The notes beneath the pieces were generated by a model that saw only the letters and a program-made list of their open reading frames with translations, did not search any database and had not been told where the DNA came from. The position numbers and the translations under genes are program-made. A DNA stretch of 60,833 bases from Octopus sinensis (Eukaryota): the NCBI RefSeq assembly GCF_006345805.1, contig NW_021834897.1, positions 1 through 60,833 of the forward strand, read 5' to 3'. This document shows, piece after piece, positions 36,240 to 51,320 of the stretch; the first letter of the stretch is position 1, and the number at the start of each line of letters is the position of its first letter.

Positions 36240-38398
36240 TTTACTTTTAATATGCATGTCTGTTACAATCACTTGCCGAAACACATTCAACGTCCTAGGG
36301 CGAGTGAAGGATAAAAATGTTACAATATGACTGAAAGCTTAGGGACGGCAAGTACCGGAGGCAGCAGAGAGATATCTTCATGTAATACAACACACATTTA
36401 AATTGGTAGGGTTTTTCTGAGGATGTGGGCAGTACTTGTCAGCACAATCTTTTGGATTTCTCTGAAACATGGTTCTCCTGGGATATAATGAAGATGTTTC
36501 TGACGTCCCTTTTTTATCATACCTAGGGCACTACAATAACAAGAATGATTCTTGCTTTAAGATACCACATTTTTTTGTATTTCCCGGTTCATATATTTAT
36601 CTAATTTGTCAAATTCCTTTACGGACATATTTTTATCAGTGGGAACACTTACATCCGTTAGTCTACAAATATTTTTTTCTGTCTTTAATGAATATATATG
36701 GTCGATTAGCCTGAATCGTTCTGTCGATGTTGACTGGAAAATTCCAGATGATGGTAACATTGTTACCTTCAACGACTGGCTCAGGATGATGTTCATACCA
36801 GTAAGCAGAAGGCTGATTTTGTAGTGTTTACATATTTTCCAATGTCATACCCTATCGTAGCGATTTTTGTATTCGTTTGGTGTCAGTACAGGACATCCCG
36901 AAACGAGATGGTCTATTGTTTCATCAAACTGAATCTGCATTTAGGGTCATAACCGTTTTGAAGAACGTTAGCCTGGAAGTTATTGGTAGCCGCCAATATG
37001 AAACCTTCAGTCTTTGCTTTCAGTCCTGAATTTCTTTGCTACTGATGGGTTGTTGCTTGATCTACATCAGCATTTCAACTTCGAAGTATATACTATTCCT
37101 GCAGAAGCTTCTGGCTCCATCCCTCCTCAATTTGTTTCTGTCCGTTCTTTTTTTGCAGTATTTGATCCGTTTTGATTTTTTTTTTTTTTTCAGATTCTTC
37201 ATCTAATTCAGGGTTAATGCGAATTCAGGGTTGCGAATTTGCAAGCTTCTTTGACAATAGAATGTGATGTTTTGTTGCTTTCGTGATTGTACGCAAACCA
37301 CGACATCCAGTCCTCTGTACTAAATAAGTGTTTGTTCATTTCTATTGTGGGGGTCTTGTAGCACAGTTCCACCTGCATCATTCCTCTTCCTCCATTACTT
37401 CTAGGTAGGTACAGACGATCAACGTCTGCTTCTGCGTGGTGTATGTTCTTAGAAGTAAGTAGTTTTCTTGTCTTCTTGTCCAGACGTTGGAACTTTGTAA
37501 AGGGTAAAGACCCCCTTCGGTCATGTGTGACCATGGGTTTGCACCTTGAGAGTTACCCTCTGAGGCACAAGTCTGGGCAAGGTTGTTTTTTTTTTTATGG
37601 AAGACCAGCAGTCGCCCATGCATACCGGCCTCCCCTCTCCACGCCACCAGTGTTATCCAAGGGAAAGACAAAGGTCGATACAGCTTGGCACCAGTGACGT
37701 CGCAACTCATTTCTACAGCTGAGTGAACTGGAGCAACGTGAAATAAAGTGCTTTGCTCAAGAACACAACACGCAGCCCGGTCCGGGATTCGAACTCACAA
37801 CCTCACGATCGTAAGCTCGACGCTCTAACCACTGAGCCATGCGCCTCCACTTTGTAAGATTCCAGTTAATGATGTTAAAGTTATATCGGACTACTGGAAG
37901 TGCCAGGGTGTTAATGGCATCCATGCGATTTTTGGAGTTGGGTTCAGTTTTTAGTATGAGTCGTATTCTTCTGTAATATTCCTTTCGTAATTTTCCTTCA
38001 TAGAAGCATGTTGTATACCATCTCCTTCGTTTATATTCAAATCTTTATCGCTTTCTTGTGGGTCAGGCTCTTTGATGGCAGTGTCAGTATCTAATTTAAT
38101 GGAAGCTGTTTTCCTGAGCTTGCCTCTTACAAAAGTTGCTTTAGCTCACTTACCAAGGCCAAAATCCATCCCGATGTCAGTGCTGAACTCTTTAACAGTT
38201 GTTAGCAGCCCTACAAACTCTTCGTCATTTCTAGCAAACAGCTTCGGATCGCCCATATAAAGCAGAAGATTTACTATAATATTATACATTTTGAACCCAT
38301 ACCTGGTGTTACTCAATTCGTTTGAGAGTGACATCTGTGCCATGCAAAAGAGTAATGAGGAGAGGAAGTCACCTAGAAAGATGCCTCCTTTGATGCAT
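36240..38398 (-). mobile_element. Decayed R4/Dong-like LINE (RT C-terminal half to 3' UTR), split by a SINE
   Basis: GIF.GDFLSSLLFC; YMGDPKLFARNDEEF..DIGMDFGLGK; LDKKTRKLL..DVDRLYLPRSNGGRG; SGLKAKTEGFILAA; many stops; (ATT)n at both ends. Confidence 0.88.
37501..37848 (-). mobile_element. tRNA-derived CORE-like SINE with a third type of 3' tail; 9-bp TSD
   Basis: Head GGAGGCGCATGGCTCAGTGG, B box GTTCGAATCC, TTGAGCAAAGCACTTT; TSD ACTTTGTAA at 37492-37500 and 37849-37857. Confidence 0.9.
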
Positions 38399-38774
38399 TG
38401 TTATTATTATTATTATTACCTCCTCCTTAGCGAAAGCCGAGGTATTGTTTTCAGTCGTGTTTGTTTGTCCATGGACAAGATATCTCAAGAACCGCTGGAC
38501 AGATTTGGATGAAACTTTCAGGGATGTTGGGCCTCGTGACTGGCACAAACTGATTAGATTTTAGGATCGATCCGGTACTGAACAAGGATTCTGGATTATT
38601 TTTCCAGTTTTTTCCTTAATTTTTGAGAGCAGCCTGGTTCATTTTTAGTTTTCTCATTTGTGAGAACAGTTGAGTTTATTTCAGATATTCTCATTTTAAA
38701 AATCATCTCTGGCTAATCTTTGAGAGGACGTTGGTGTTACCTTGGTGAAGGTTTGCACTCTCTGAGTGCTCTTG

Positions 38775-39110
38775 TTATTATATGTTTGACTTTTACTTTG
38801 TATTTGTACAAGTTGGCTCCAAGTCTCACCCAGAGACCTCAAGAGACAACAAGTTAGAAGTTCATGTTGGTGTTATGCCTAGGGTGCCATATATTCGGAT
38901 TTGCACATAGTATTGTTCCAGAGAATGTTTAAGAAAACATAAGAAAATTATGAGTTTGTTTTAAAATTTGAGATTACATAGACAGTATTTTACGTAGGAT
39001 ATGGGCAGTTCTCATGAGCACTATTTTTAGAATTTCTGCCATTTTGGGGTTTCCTGGTATCTGAGCTAGTATCAGCCCCTTTTGCTATCGTTCTAGGGCA
39101 CCTATGAAAA
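38775..39110 (-). mobile_element. R4/Dong-like 3' fragment, second family
   Basis: GAL..IAKGA..IPGNPKMAEILKIVLMRTAHILRKILSM*; abuts (ATT)n at 39120. Confidence 0.75.
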
Positions 39111-40071
39111 TTTTTATTTCTATTATTATTATTATTATTATTATTACTATTATTATTGTTGTTGTTGTTGTTACTGAGGTGGAGAGTTGGCAGAATCGTT
39201 ACCGAGCCGGACAAAATACTAAGCGACATTTCTATTCTGGTTCTTTACGTTCCAGGTTCAAGTTGCACCGAAGGCGACTTTGTTGTTCATCTTTTCGACG
39301 AGGACGCCGATGACGATGATGATGATGATAATGATGATGGTGATGATGATGATGACGACGACGACGACGACGACGATGATGATGATGATGATGTCCATCC
39401 CCGTGTGTCAGCTCTGAACGTCTTTCACTTTGCAGCCCGACCGAGAGTACCCTAAAGTGCGAGTCATTCCAACCGTGACCACCCAGCCTCTTTATGCCAT
39501 GCAGTAGTAGTACATAACCTAGTGGTTAGAGCTTTGAATGAAATGTCTTTTGCAGTTTGTTCCTGCTACTGACCTTTGACTTCAAACCTTACTCTACTTT
39601 ACTCAAATGTTAGACTCAATACGACGTTTAGTTTAACATCACCTCTTAATCCTTGGTGCCTTTAGCCATTCTGTTACAAACCTTCAGATCAAAGCCCAAC
39701 GCGCGTTTGGAAATCCCTTTTTTCCTTCCCTCCCTCCGGCTATCTTTCTGTTCCTCCTACCAGTCTCGAAAGCTTGATCAAAGGTCAACGGAACCGCCTT
39801 TCTTCCCTTCTAAACTATCAAAAATATGAAGCTATATTGTTTTTCTTTTTCTTTTCCTTTTTGTTTTTGAGAAGTCAGAGGATAATTTGAGGGAGATTGA
39901 GCTGCTATTTCAAACTAACAGAGCGTCCACCCAGAGGCTTCCCTCGATGCACGCTAAGCTTCTGATACAAATTTCCATATGGGCCGTATATATGGTTTTG
40001 TTGTAAAAATTCTGTAATTCCTACGAGTAAATTCTTGGCTGTGAAGAGAAGGGCTTCGTTTTGAGGTACGA

Positions 40072-40706
40072 CCCAGAGGTTCTCAACCCCTTTTCTGCTC
40101 ATTGACCCCTTTGATTTCTATTATACTCTACTAAACTCCCATAGCCATTCGATGTTTAGATAAAACCCTATTATATTTTTATGATATTTTGAATTTAAAA
40201 ATATTTAAATACTAGCAGTATCGCCCGGCGTTGCTCGGATTTGTTTCGACCCTTTAGAATTGGAATTTTTGAAAAGTAAAACTTTTGCATTATTTAGCTT
40301 GTTATTCTCTTTAAGTGAACATTTTTCTGGTTGAAATAAACCGAAAAATGGCGACACAGCAGTAAAAAAAATCGTAAAAAATAGGGATTCTCATAGAAAA
40401 AAAATCACCTTTTTGATGTAAATAAATTTTGGTGTTAACATGGTCCGATTTGAATATTTTCTTCTGCGGAAGGAAGAGCAAGCCTTCTTCTATCATACTC
40501 TCAATTTTGATCAACTTGCACCTCAGGGTCTCGGAGGAGATAGTATTAGTTGAAGGCTACCAAACCTGCCACACGCAGACAACTTCAGCTTTATATATAG
40601 AGAAATTTTGTGTAAGGTAGAAATACGACCCGTTTATTGCACATGAATTTTAACAACAAAATCTTACATGCACACTCAAAGGCCATGTGGACATCAGTAG
40701 AGAACT
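40072..40706. mobile_element. hAT-like MITE hosting a Helitron-like insertion
   Basis: Left CAGAGGTTCTC and right GAGAACTTCTG; no clear 8-bp TSD. Confidence 0.45.
40212..40603 (-). mobile_element. Non-autonomous Helitron-like element
   Basis: Minus strand: 5' TCTCTATATATAAAGC; 3' CCGAGCAACGCCGGGCGATACTGCTAG|T. Confidence 0.8.
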
Positions 40707-40959
40707 TCTGTAACTCAACCAGAATTGTAAGACCCTTTGCAAGGTCAGTTGTACCGCCGTTCCCCCTCTGTGAATGCCACAAAAAATTAAATTGCCCTCT
40801 AAGTGGGTAGAGTTTAGGGGTGCAAGTATGTATACAGTATAGTACACACTAAGAGGGTACAGTTTAGTGTGCAAGTGCGTATATGGTAGCAATAGCAAGT
40901 GTCCTAGTTGTGTGAGCTGAACCCTAATGTGTACCAATTCAACTTATTAACCCTTACTC

Positions 40960-41518
40960 TTTCTCGCTTTTACTTGTTTCAGTCATTTGACTGCGGCCAT
41001 GCTGGAGCACCACCTTTAGTCGAGCAAATCGACCCCGGCACTTATTCTTTTGTAAGCCCAGTACTTATTCAATCGGTCTCTTTTACCGAACCGCTAAGTG
41101 ACGGTGAGGTAAACACACCAGCATCGGTTGTCAAGCAATGCTACAGGGACAAACACAGACACACAAACATATACACACACATACATACATATATACGACA
41201 GGCTTCTTTCAGTTTCCGTCTACCAAATCCACTCACAAGGCTTTGGTCGGCCCGAGGCTATAGCAGAAGACACTTGCCCAAGATGCCACGCAATGGGACT
41301 GAACCCGGAACCACGCGGTTGGTTAGCAAGCTACTTACCACACAGCCACTCCTGCATACGACAGGCTTCTTTCAGTTTCCGTCTACCAAATCCACTCACA
41401 AGGCTTTGGTCGGGCCGAGGCTATAGCAGATGACACTTGCCCAAGATGCCACGCAGTGGGACTGAACCCGGAACCATGTGGTTGGTTAGCAAGCTACTTA
41501 CCACACAGCCACTCCTGC
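40960..41518 (-). mobile_element. SINE family C with tandemly duplicated 163-bp head
   Basis: 41193-41355 is repeated at 41356-41518. Confidence 0.9.
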
Positions 41519-42250
41519 GCCTATGGATCGTTTTTTTCAGGACCACAAGAATAATTATTAATATTTCACCAATATTAATGTATAATAATTAGTCATAAAG
41601 CTTGAAATGTTTTATAAATACGTGACTGACATTTTGTGGAGTATTAGCAAAACCGTTGTCTCAACATTTAATATCTTGTAAAAGATCTTGAAGGGGAAGG
41701 AAATACATTTGTTTAATGCATTGTTCGGTTTGACACGACTAAATGGCCTTTACGTGCATTTAAAGGAGTCGGTTTTGTTGCCAACGTTCAGGCCAGATCT
41801 CCGACGTCTATACTGTAATGAAGCTGTTAATTAATTAAATGAGAGTATGTAACTTTTACAAAAAGCAAGTAATTGTTAAAGTCCGCACTGTCTAGAAAAT
41901 TCCCATAAATACCAATTTTCATATATTTTCGCCAAAATGTGATTTTCGAAAGATTTCAACTGAAGACTGCAATCTGAAAGCTAATTTATATTTACTGCGG
42001 CATATGTTTTTTTTTTTTAAACTTTTCTTCTACTGTTTCCTTCGCAACGCTCCCTCTTTCTTTCTCTCTCTCTCTTTCTTTCTCTCTTTCTCTCTCGTTT
42101 TCTCGTTCTCTTTCCATCTTTTTGTTGTTTACTGTCTCTCTTTCTATTTGTCTTTCTATTTCGAGATCCTTATAACTTTTTCTTTCTCTTATCCACGTGA
42201 TTTTATCAGCGTCTTTCTCACTCCAGTTTTTGTCTTTTCTTCTCTCACTC

Positions 42251-42285
<35 letters not shown>

Positions 42286-42573
42286 CACACACACTTAGTT
42301 AATATCCCTTCTCTTGTTATTTCGTGTCATACTTTTAGTATTTACCCTTACATGTTTCTTTCCCTGCAACGTAGTCTTTCTCTCTCTCTTTCTCCCCACT
42401 CTCTCCCCTTTTCTCTCTCTCTCTCTCTTTCCCCCCACTCTCTCCTCACTTTCTCTCTCTCTCTTTCTCCTCCCTCTTTTTTATGCCTCATTAAATTGTT
42501 TTTATTAAAACCATGAGATTACAAATTTTTTCTCTGCGATACATTGAGAGTATTTCTGAAAACTTTCGCATTA

Positions 42574-42718
42574 TATTAGGTTGTCCCAAAAGTTCGTAAA
42601 CGCTTGCGAAAATTGAATTTTTACTCGCCAAGTACAAACAAAAACAACAAAAATTATTCCTCAAAATAAAGACCATTATTTTCCAAGACTTTCTACGAAC
42701 TTTTGGGACAACCTTATA
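42574..42718. mobile_element. Mariner/Tc1-like MITE
   Basis: TIRs TTAGGTTGTCCCAAAAGTTCGTA / TACGAACTTTTGGGACAACCTTA with TA flanks. Confidence 0.85.
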
Positions 42719-43197
42719 TTTATCATATCAAAATGATTTTATATATATTAGCAGAAATGCAGATCACAGCAACGTCAAACAATAAACATAACGTACAACA
42801 GCAGAAGACCGGCTGAACGGCAACGCTTCTGTGAGTGACAATAATTTTTTGCGCTTCTCACACAAATCTTGTAAGCACAAATCTTGAAATAAAAACAAAC
42901 CTGGAACGTATCATTAGTTGCAATCTTGCTATAACCTCAGTAATTAACCGGTACTTGTCTGTCAACCATTACTACAATCAGACACACATACAAATACATA
43001 CTCACATACACACACTTGATGCAGTTAACATTTTATGTTTACTCTACAGCACACACCGTACAATTACAATCTTACTATTTCCTGTCGAATTTTTATTTCA
43101 TCAACGTTGTTGATTTCATTTTCCTTCTTTTTCTTCCGGTTACAAAGCAAGGATCTCTGATTCATTCTATAAATCTCTGACGTTTCCATAACAGCGA

Positions 43198-43535
43198 CTT
43201 CCTAACAATGTTAGTCCTGTTTTGGAAGCTAAACTACAACACACATTCTATCACCAAATTCTTTACGTCTATACTATAAATATTTCTATGGTCATTGTTC
43301 TGCCAGACTTCCTATTATGTTGGTCCTATTTTGGCAACTAAATTTCAACCCACATTTTAACACCAAATTCTTTATGTCTACACTATAAATACTTCCGCAG
43401 ACATAGTTTTGCCAAATTTCCTTCAATATTGGTCCTATTTTGGAAACTAAATTCAACCCACTTTTTACCACCAAATTCTTTATGCCTATTCTATAAATAA
43501 TACTTCCACGGTCATTCATCAACCAAACTTCCTTC
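43198..43535. repeat. Degenerate ~110-bp tandem repeat, 3 copies
   Basis: CTTCCT..GTCCT.TTTTGG.A.CTAAA..CACCAAATTCTTTA..CTATAAATA units at 43198, 43308 and 43417. Confidence 0.85.
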
Positions 43536-43619
43536 TCTTGTACATTCTCTAAATATTACTAATCAAGTGGCCCATCATTTTATCAATTCTCATCCTTTAT
43601 TTGTTGTTGTTGCTTGTTG

Positions 43620-43775
43620 GACACGAGTGATCGACTGGTACTTAATAAATCGACACCGAAACGATGAAAAGCAAAGTCGACCCCGCCAGAATTTGAACTT
43701 AGAACATAAAGGCGGGCAAAATGCTGTTAAGCATTTTTCCCAGGTTGCTAACGATTCTGCCAGCTCGCCGCCTTA
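43620..43775 (-). mobile_element. SINE family A fragment
   Basis: Family motifs; head complement CTCGCCGCCTT next to (AAT)n. Confidence 0.8.
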
Positions 43776-43812
43776 ATAATAATAATAATAATATTAATAA
43801 TAATAATAATAA

Positions 43813-43847
<35 letters not shown>

Positions 43848-43885
43848 TAGTAGTAGTAGTAGTAGTAGTAGTAGTAACAATGATG

Positions 43886-43937
<52 letters not shown>

Positions 43938-43952
43938 TAATAATAATAATAA

Positions 43953-44495
43953 GTACCAGGCAGAGGCTCTCGTGGCTTCTAATCTTAACTGATTGGAAGT
44001 GTTATCATGTACATTGTTTTGTCTTGGTATAAAAGATGGGCTACAGCAAATATTCTGCTCAATACCACAGATTTGCTTGTCAGTTGTTTGACCTTAACCA
44101 GTTGAGCATGTCCCTTAGTGGCTGACGATATGTGCATCTCTGATCACGAGCAGAAGTAGGGGGGAGCATCATGGCCATGTGTTGAGAGGATTCTTTGGGG
44201 TTTGAATAATTCACCTCTGGAAACATGGGTATTTCGTTCAACATCTTTAAACAACCCTTATTCAGGGACCTTTTGAGTGGGATGGGCTACTCAACCTGAA
44301 GAAAATTCTAACTGGGCCCCACCTGCAAGGTCATGCGCTGTTTATGTTGATATGAGATCACCATGTCACGCACATATGGTTGTGATGCATGTGTCTGCTG
44401 TACCCTTATCAGACGGGTGGTCATGATAGGTATACTGGGTTTCCTATAAATTTAAACCCAGTGTCACTTTGATGGCATGCACTGCTCTCTCACTC
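43953..44495 (+). mobile_element. 560-bp (AAT)n-associated element
   Basis: (AAT)n on both sides; slightly 5'-truncated. Confidence 0.92.
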
Positions 44496-45590
<1,095 letters not shown>

Positions 45591-45894
45591 ATCAAAATAA
45601 GCAACAAGGATATCCAGAGGTAATGCAGTTCGATCGTTTCATACAACTCCATTTAATTGAACAATACAATCATTGCATCAGTTTAAAATGTAGAGCAATC
45701 CTCAGCTGCACAAAGACATAGAATTTAATTAAATTAGAACTGATTAGTATAATTAGTATAATTATACCTAAAATCTCCAAGAAGTTAAGGAGATAGATAA
45801 AGAACATGCTGTCTCCACTCCAGCATAGAAGTCACTAAGTTATGCACGCCCACACACATATTTACATGGGGTGGGGTCTATATGTGTATACGAA

Positions 45895-46195
45895 ACTTGC
45901 TTCCCAACCAGAAGGTTCCGGGCTGTCTCACTGCAAGTGACTTCTACTATAGCCTCGGGCTAACCAAAGTCTTATGAGTGGACTTGGTGGAAGGAAATTG
46001 AAAGAAGCCCATCAGATAAACACATGAAATCGGTGTTCGTGTGTTTACGTCCCTGTAAATTAGCGGTTCGGCAAAAAAGACTGATAGAATAAGTACTAGT
46101 CTTTAAAATAAGTCGTGGGGGGTCTATTTGTTCAACCAAACAAAGCCTTCAAGGTGTGCTCCAGCAAGGTCGTAGTCAAATGACTGAAACAAGAG
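45895..46195 (+). mobile_element. Degenerate SINE family C
   Basis: CTTCTACTATAGCCTCGGGC..AGCGGTTCGGCAAAA..TGACTGAAACAAG. Confidence 0.75.
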
Positions 46196-46229
46196 CCCAA
46201 AATGTGTGCAGCTTGAGAATTCCTGAAAG

Positions 46230-47808
46230 CTGCTGAGAACCAATTCCTTGCTGATCCTCCGGAGAGGAAATATAATGCGGAGGTGATGGAGGAAGAATTC
46301 TGTACCGCTTACACTGAGGCCAAAGCGGAGGCACTGATGGAGAAGATCAGAAGTGTGTTGACGGGTCTATGTGTAAAGAGGTCTGGACGATCGTCAACGA
46401 GATCACAGGGAGAAAGAGAAGGTGTTCGAGTCAGATCCAGGGAACAGGACCTGAGGATAAAAAGAGTAAAAAGCTGAATTATTTTAAGGCCCTACTAGGA
46501 GAACCACCTTCAACAACCTAGGGCACTGGGGAGATCAGACATTTGTTTGAGGAACTGAATGTTGAGACAGAACCCTTCGCAAAAGAGGGGCTTCAGAGAG
46601 CCAAGAAGATCAAGGAGCGCAAGGTCCATGGAGAGGATGGAGTAGCATCAGAGATGATGAAGAGGAGTGATTTTAATGAAACCGTCCTGGAATTCTGTAA
46701 CCAGGCACTGGAAAAAGGAGTTGCCCCAAATCTGTGGAGGATGAATAACATCGTCCCAGTGTCAAAGAAAAGAGATCTCTCAAACACCAACAACTACAGG
46801 GGGCTCTCACTGATGTCACTTGGGACAAGGACCCTCAACAGGATGATTCTTAACAGGATCCAGACCGAGATAGAGAAGAAGCTCAGGGACAAACAGATCG
46901 GTTTCAGAGAGGGAAGATCAACCACCAGTCACATCCTAATGCTGAGGAGGACATTAGAGGGAGCTAGAGCAAAATCTGCCTGCTGTCATGGTTTTCAATG
47001 ATTTTAGGAAGGTCTTTGATTCTGTGGACCGCCACTGCCTCACAAAGGTCTCACAGGCTTATGGAACTCTCCAGAAGATACTGGACCTGATATTACAACC
47101 CAACTCGTTACACCTGACGGAATGACGGAGTTCTTTGAGATACTGGTTGGAGTGCTTTAGAGAGATACATTGGCTCCCTACCTTCTTATTTCTTTATTGC
47201 CCACAAGGGACTAAACATAGAGGGGACAAACAAGGACAGACAAACGGATTAAGTCGATTACACCGACCCCCTGTGCGTAACTGGTACTTAATTTATTGTC
47301 CCCCGAAAGGATGAAAGGCAAAGTCGACCTCGGCGGAATTTGAACTCAGAACGTAACGGCAGACGAAACACCGCTAAGTATTTCGCCCGGCGTGCTAACG
47401 ATTCTGCCAGCTCGCCGCCTTTTTATCATCATGGTGGACTATTGTATGCGACTTGTGTTGAGGAAACATAAGAACTCTGGCTTTACTGTAGCACCGACAG
47501 AGGGCAGGAGGGTTAAGGCTAAAAAGATACGAGATGCTTAATTTGCTGACGACATAGTTCCGGTGACAAACACAGAGGAGTTGATGCAGGAGGTGGAGAC
47601 TTGTGCTGATGAGTGTGGGGCTGACAATGAATGAGATTAAGACGAGGTATCAGGCAGAGAAAATTAAGAAGCCAGAGAAGATTATGAATATAGGCGGGAG
47701 GCCACTAGAGTTGGTTGAGGACTTCCTGTATCAGGAGTAAAGACTGGGAACACAGAGGGCGATATAGTTGAGAGGAAGAGCAAAGCCTGGGTTGCATGCC
47801 ACAGTTTG
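46230..47808 (+). mobile_element. Decayed RTE-like LINE reverse transcriptase region, split by a SINE-A copy (47190-47420)
   Basis: GEDGVASEM; NIVPVSKKRDLSNTNNYRGLSLMS; QIGFREGRST; DFRKVFDSVD; RDTLAPYL|FIIMVD; FADDIV. Confidence 0.9.
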
Positions 47809-47839
<31 letters not shown>

Positions 47840-48272
47840 CAGGAGTGGCTGTGTGGTAAGTAGCTTGCTTACCAACCACATGGTTCCGGGTTCAGTCCCA
47901 CTGCGTGGCACCTTGGGCAAGTGTCTTCTACTATAGCTTCGGGCCGACCAAAGCCTTGTAAGTGGATTTGGTAGACGGAAACTGAAAGAAGCCCGTCGTA
48001 TATATGTATATATATATATATATGTGTGTGTGTTGTGTGTGTGTGTGTGTGTGTGTTTGTGTGTCTGTGTTTGTCCCCCTAGCATTGCTTGACAACCGAT
48101 GCTGGTGTGTTTATATCCCCGTCACTTAGCGGTTCGGCAAAAGAGACCGATAGAATAAGTACTGGGCTTACAAAGAATAAGTGCCGGGGTCGAGTTGCTC
48201 GATTAAAGGCGGTGCTCCAGCATGGCCGCAGTCAAATGACTGAAACAAGTAAAAGAGTAAAAGAGTAAAGTG

Positions 48273-48315
<43 letters not shown>

Positions 48316-48480
48316 CATAGGCGCAGGCATGGTTGTATGAAAGGAAGCTTACTTCCCAGCCACGTGGTTATAGGTTCAGACTCACTGCGTGGAACCTTCG
48401 GCAAGAGTCTTCTACTTCAGCCTCGGCCCAACAAAGCCTTCTGAGAGGATTTGGTAGACGGAAACTGAAAGAAGCCTGTC
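47840..48480 (+). mobile_element. SINE family C full copy (47840-48270) plus 5' fragment (48322-48480)
   Basis: AGGAGTGGCTGTGTGGTAAGTAGC head; AGTAAAAG tail repeats. Confidence 0.9.
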
Positions 48481-49024
48481 ATATATATATATATTTATAT
48501 AAAGAAAATGGAGAATACATACACAGGATAATCAATTAATTTATTATCGTAATCAATTCATATTGCCTACGCGACGTTTCGGTTAATTGCTCCCATCCAT
48601 ATTTACACATTATATTTACACATTATAAAGCTGAAAAAAAAAAAAGCCGCCTCAGGGAAAATTGACTGAAAATGTTCATATCCTAACGGATGGAGAGTTT
48701 ATTCCAATTGAATTGTAGCATGTATGTCTTGGATTCTGTTCTAAAAATAGCCAGAGGTTGATTTTGACCTTACTGGACAAGGGACATGTATATTTCAGAA
48801 GAACTATGTCCTGTTACTATATAACAGTGCCGATCAACTGTTTACAAGCTAGCTTTTACCTTCCAACTAATTCGGTATGTCCATAACACATTCTTCACTT
48901 CGTTATACCACCCTTTTTAAAAAAAAATTATTAACTATGTAGGCTCACAAGTTTACCTACACCGTTCGTCCTATTCATCATATCCATGATATATTCTTCT
49001 ACGCTCTTATTACTGATAAAATAA

Positions 49025-49390
49025 AAGACTGGTAACGGCTCAAAGAGCCATGGAAAGGTCAATGCTTGGTATCTCCTTAAGAGAGCAAGATCATCAGAAA
49101 GAAGTCCGGCGTAAGAGATGTCATCGCAGAGTATACACGCAGCAAGTATAGATGGGCTGGACACGTCGCCCGGCTCACCGATAATCGGTGGACGCACGCA
49201 GTTGTCGAGTGGTACCCGCGTGAGCGGAAAAGACCACCCGGAAGACCTGCACGACGATGGAGTTACGATTTCAGGAGGACGATTGGGATCACGTGGATGA
49301 GAAAGGCGCGATCCAGAGAGGAGTGGACAGCGTGCTGTGACCAGCGGTGTCAAATGGACGCCTGACGGACTGGTCGGTCAAGGTGATCAA
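49025..49390 (+). mobile_element. RTE-1-like LINE 3' end
   Basis: RLVTAQRAMERSMLGISLRE, then RWAGHVARLTDNRWT..WYPRERKRPPGRPARRW..DA*; short TCAAGG(T/C)GA tail repeats. Confidence 0.9.
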
Positions 49391-50364
49391 GGCGATGTAC
49401 TTAATTGCTACTTTTACTTATTTACTTATATTTTATAAAATTTATATTTATTACTATTAATATAATTATTCATATAGATATATTAGATAATAGTTTGGGT
49501 TCTTAAATATATTTGTCTATTTAGTTATAGAGGCGCTATTCCTAAGCATCGTATATACGGTGTTTATTTTTAACCGAAACTATTTAAATTTATTGAAAGT
49601 AAATTTAAATATAACAACTATTCTTAGGTATTATAAAGTATTATTCACGCAGCGCTGATTTAATCATAATCTATTTTAATTTATTGAATGTATATTTAAC
49701 TTTATGACGACAACAGTACCTCTTTCCCTTTTGTTGTTGATTAACTTGTGTTTTGATGTAAGAATTTGATAAATAAACACTAGTACATACACACATGTAG
49801 AATTCTCAACATCGTCAATCGATATAGAGCTAAACTGGTGTACCCTTGGATAAACTTTATCCCTAGGAAAGATTAACCTTTCCATACAGACTTCTGATAT
49901 AATAAATGCGAAAACTAATTTCTGCGTGTCAGTGTGTCACACACACTATGACCTTACTCTCTCACTATTCAATGACATTTCTACTATTGCTCATGTTGGG
50001 GTGAGAGTAATAGTAGGCACAGAGACGATGAGGGCAGTGGCAAAGACAGAGAGAGAGAGAGAGAGTGAGAAAGAGAAACAGAGAGACAGAGAAACACAGA
50101 GAGAGAGACAGAGAGAAGTTTATAAGTACAAGGCTTACAAAGAATAAACCCTGGGGTCGATTTGTTCGACTAAAGTCTGTACTCCAGCATGGCCGCAGTC
50201 AAAATGATTGAAACAAGTAGAAGAACAGAATAAAAAGACTACACACACGATTAACTTAAACGTGCTCTGTATCTATGTGTGTATGCATGTTTATCTATGT
50301 ATGTGAGTATGTACAAAACAAATGAACTGAAAATCATACACACATACACGAAACATAAGTACTG

Positions 50365-50447
<83 letters not shown>

Positions 50448-51060
50448 TACACATACACACACAGACAGAGAGATAGACAGATATATAATCAAACAAAGAA
50501 ACACAGGCCCGTATAAATTTAACTGTTATTTCTAGCAGGTCGAACGACCGCAAAGTGTCCCTCCCATTCGTTAGCTCTTGTCGCTCTGAAATGACACCCC
50601 CACCTCTCCTTATTCGTCTCTCGACACAAAAGATTACTCTCTCTCTCTCTCTCTCTCTGTTTTCTCTTTCTCATTTCTCTTTATTCCTGTTTGTCAAATA
50701 TTGTGGAGGCTTGCGTTGCTTATTTATTCTCTGCTAAATATCTTCACCAACTTCCACTGTATCCAGTTTTATCAAACGAAACCCTGTTATATGATTGTAC
50801 AATACCCGCTTAACGTTGCTTAACGTTGCTTTCCAGTTTCCCCTTTTTAGAGTCATTTTGGAGAAGTGCTACCATTAATCTCCCCCCCTCTCTTTCTCTC
50901 TTTTCTAATTCATTTAATTTCAGCTGAGGCTATTATAATGGGTGTTTAATTTTGCCATACTTATTATACATGCATACATATAAATATATCAGATAACTAG
51001 TATAGCTAAATTATATATATTAGCTGAGTACAGCTAATATACGTTAATATATGTGTGTGA

Positions 51061-51320
<260 letters not shown>

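Noticed and set aside
39710-39870. Strong polypyrimidine tract plus CAG acceptor at about 39762
   Set aside because: No convincing downstream donor or recognisable peptide; insufficient for an exon call.
48560-48662. Minus-strand CTGAGG...CCGAAACGTC hammerhead-like relic
   Set aside because: Core incomplete (no A9) and stem I does not pair.
48931-49353. 140-aa minus-strand ORF
   Set aside because: Antisense shadow of the RTE 3' fragment on the + strand.
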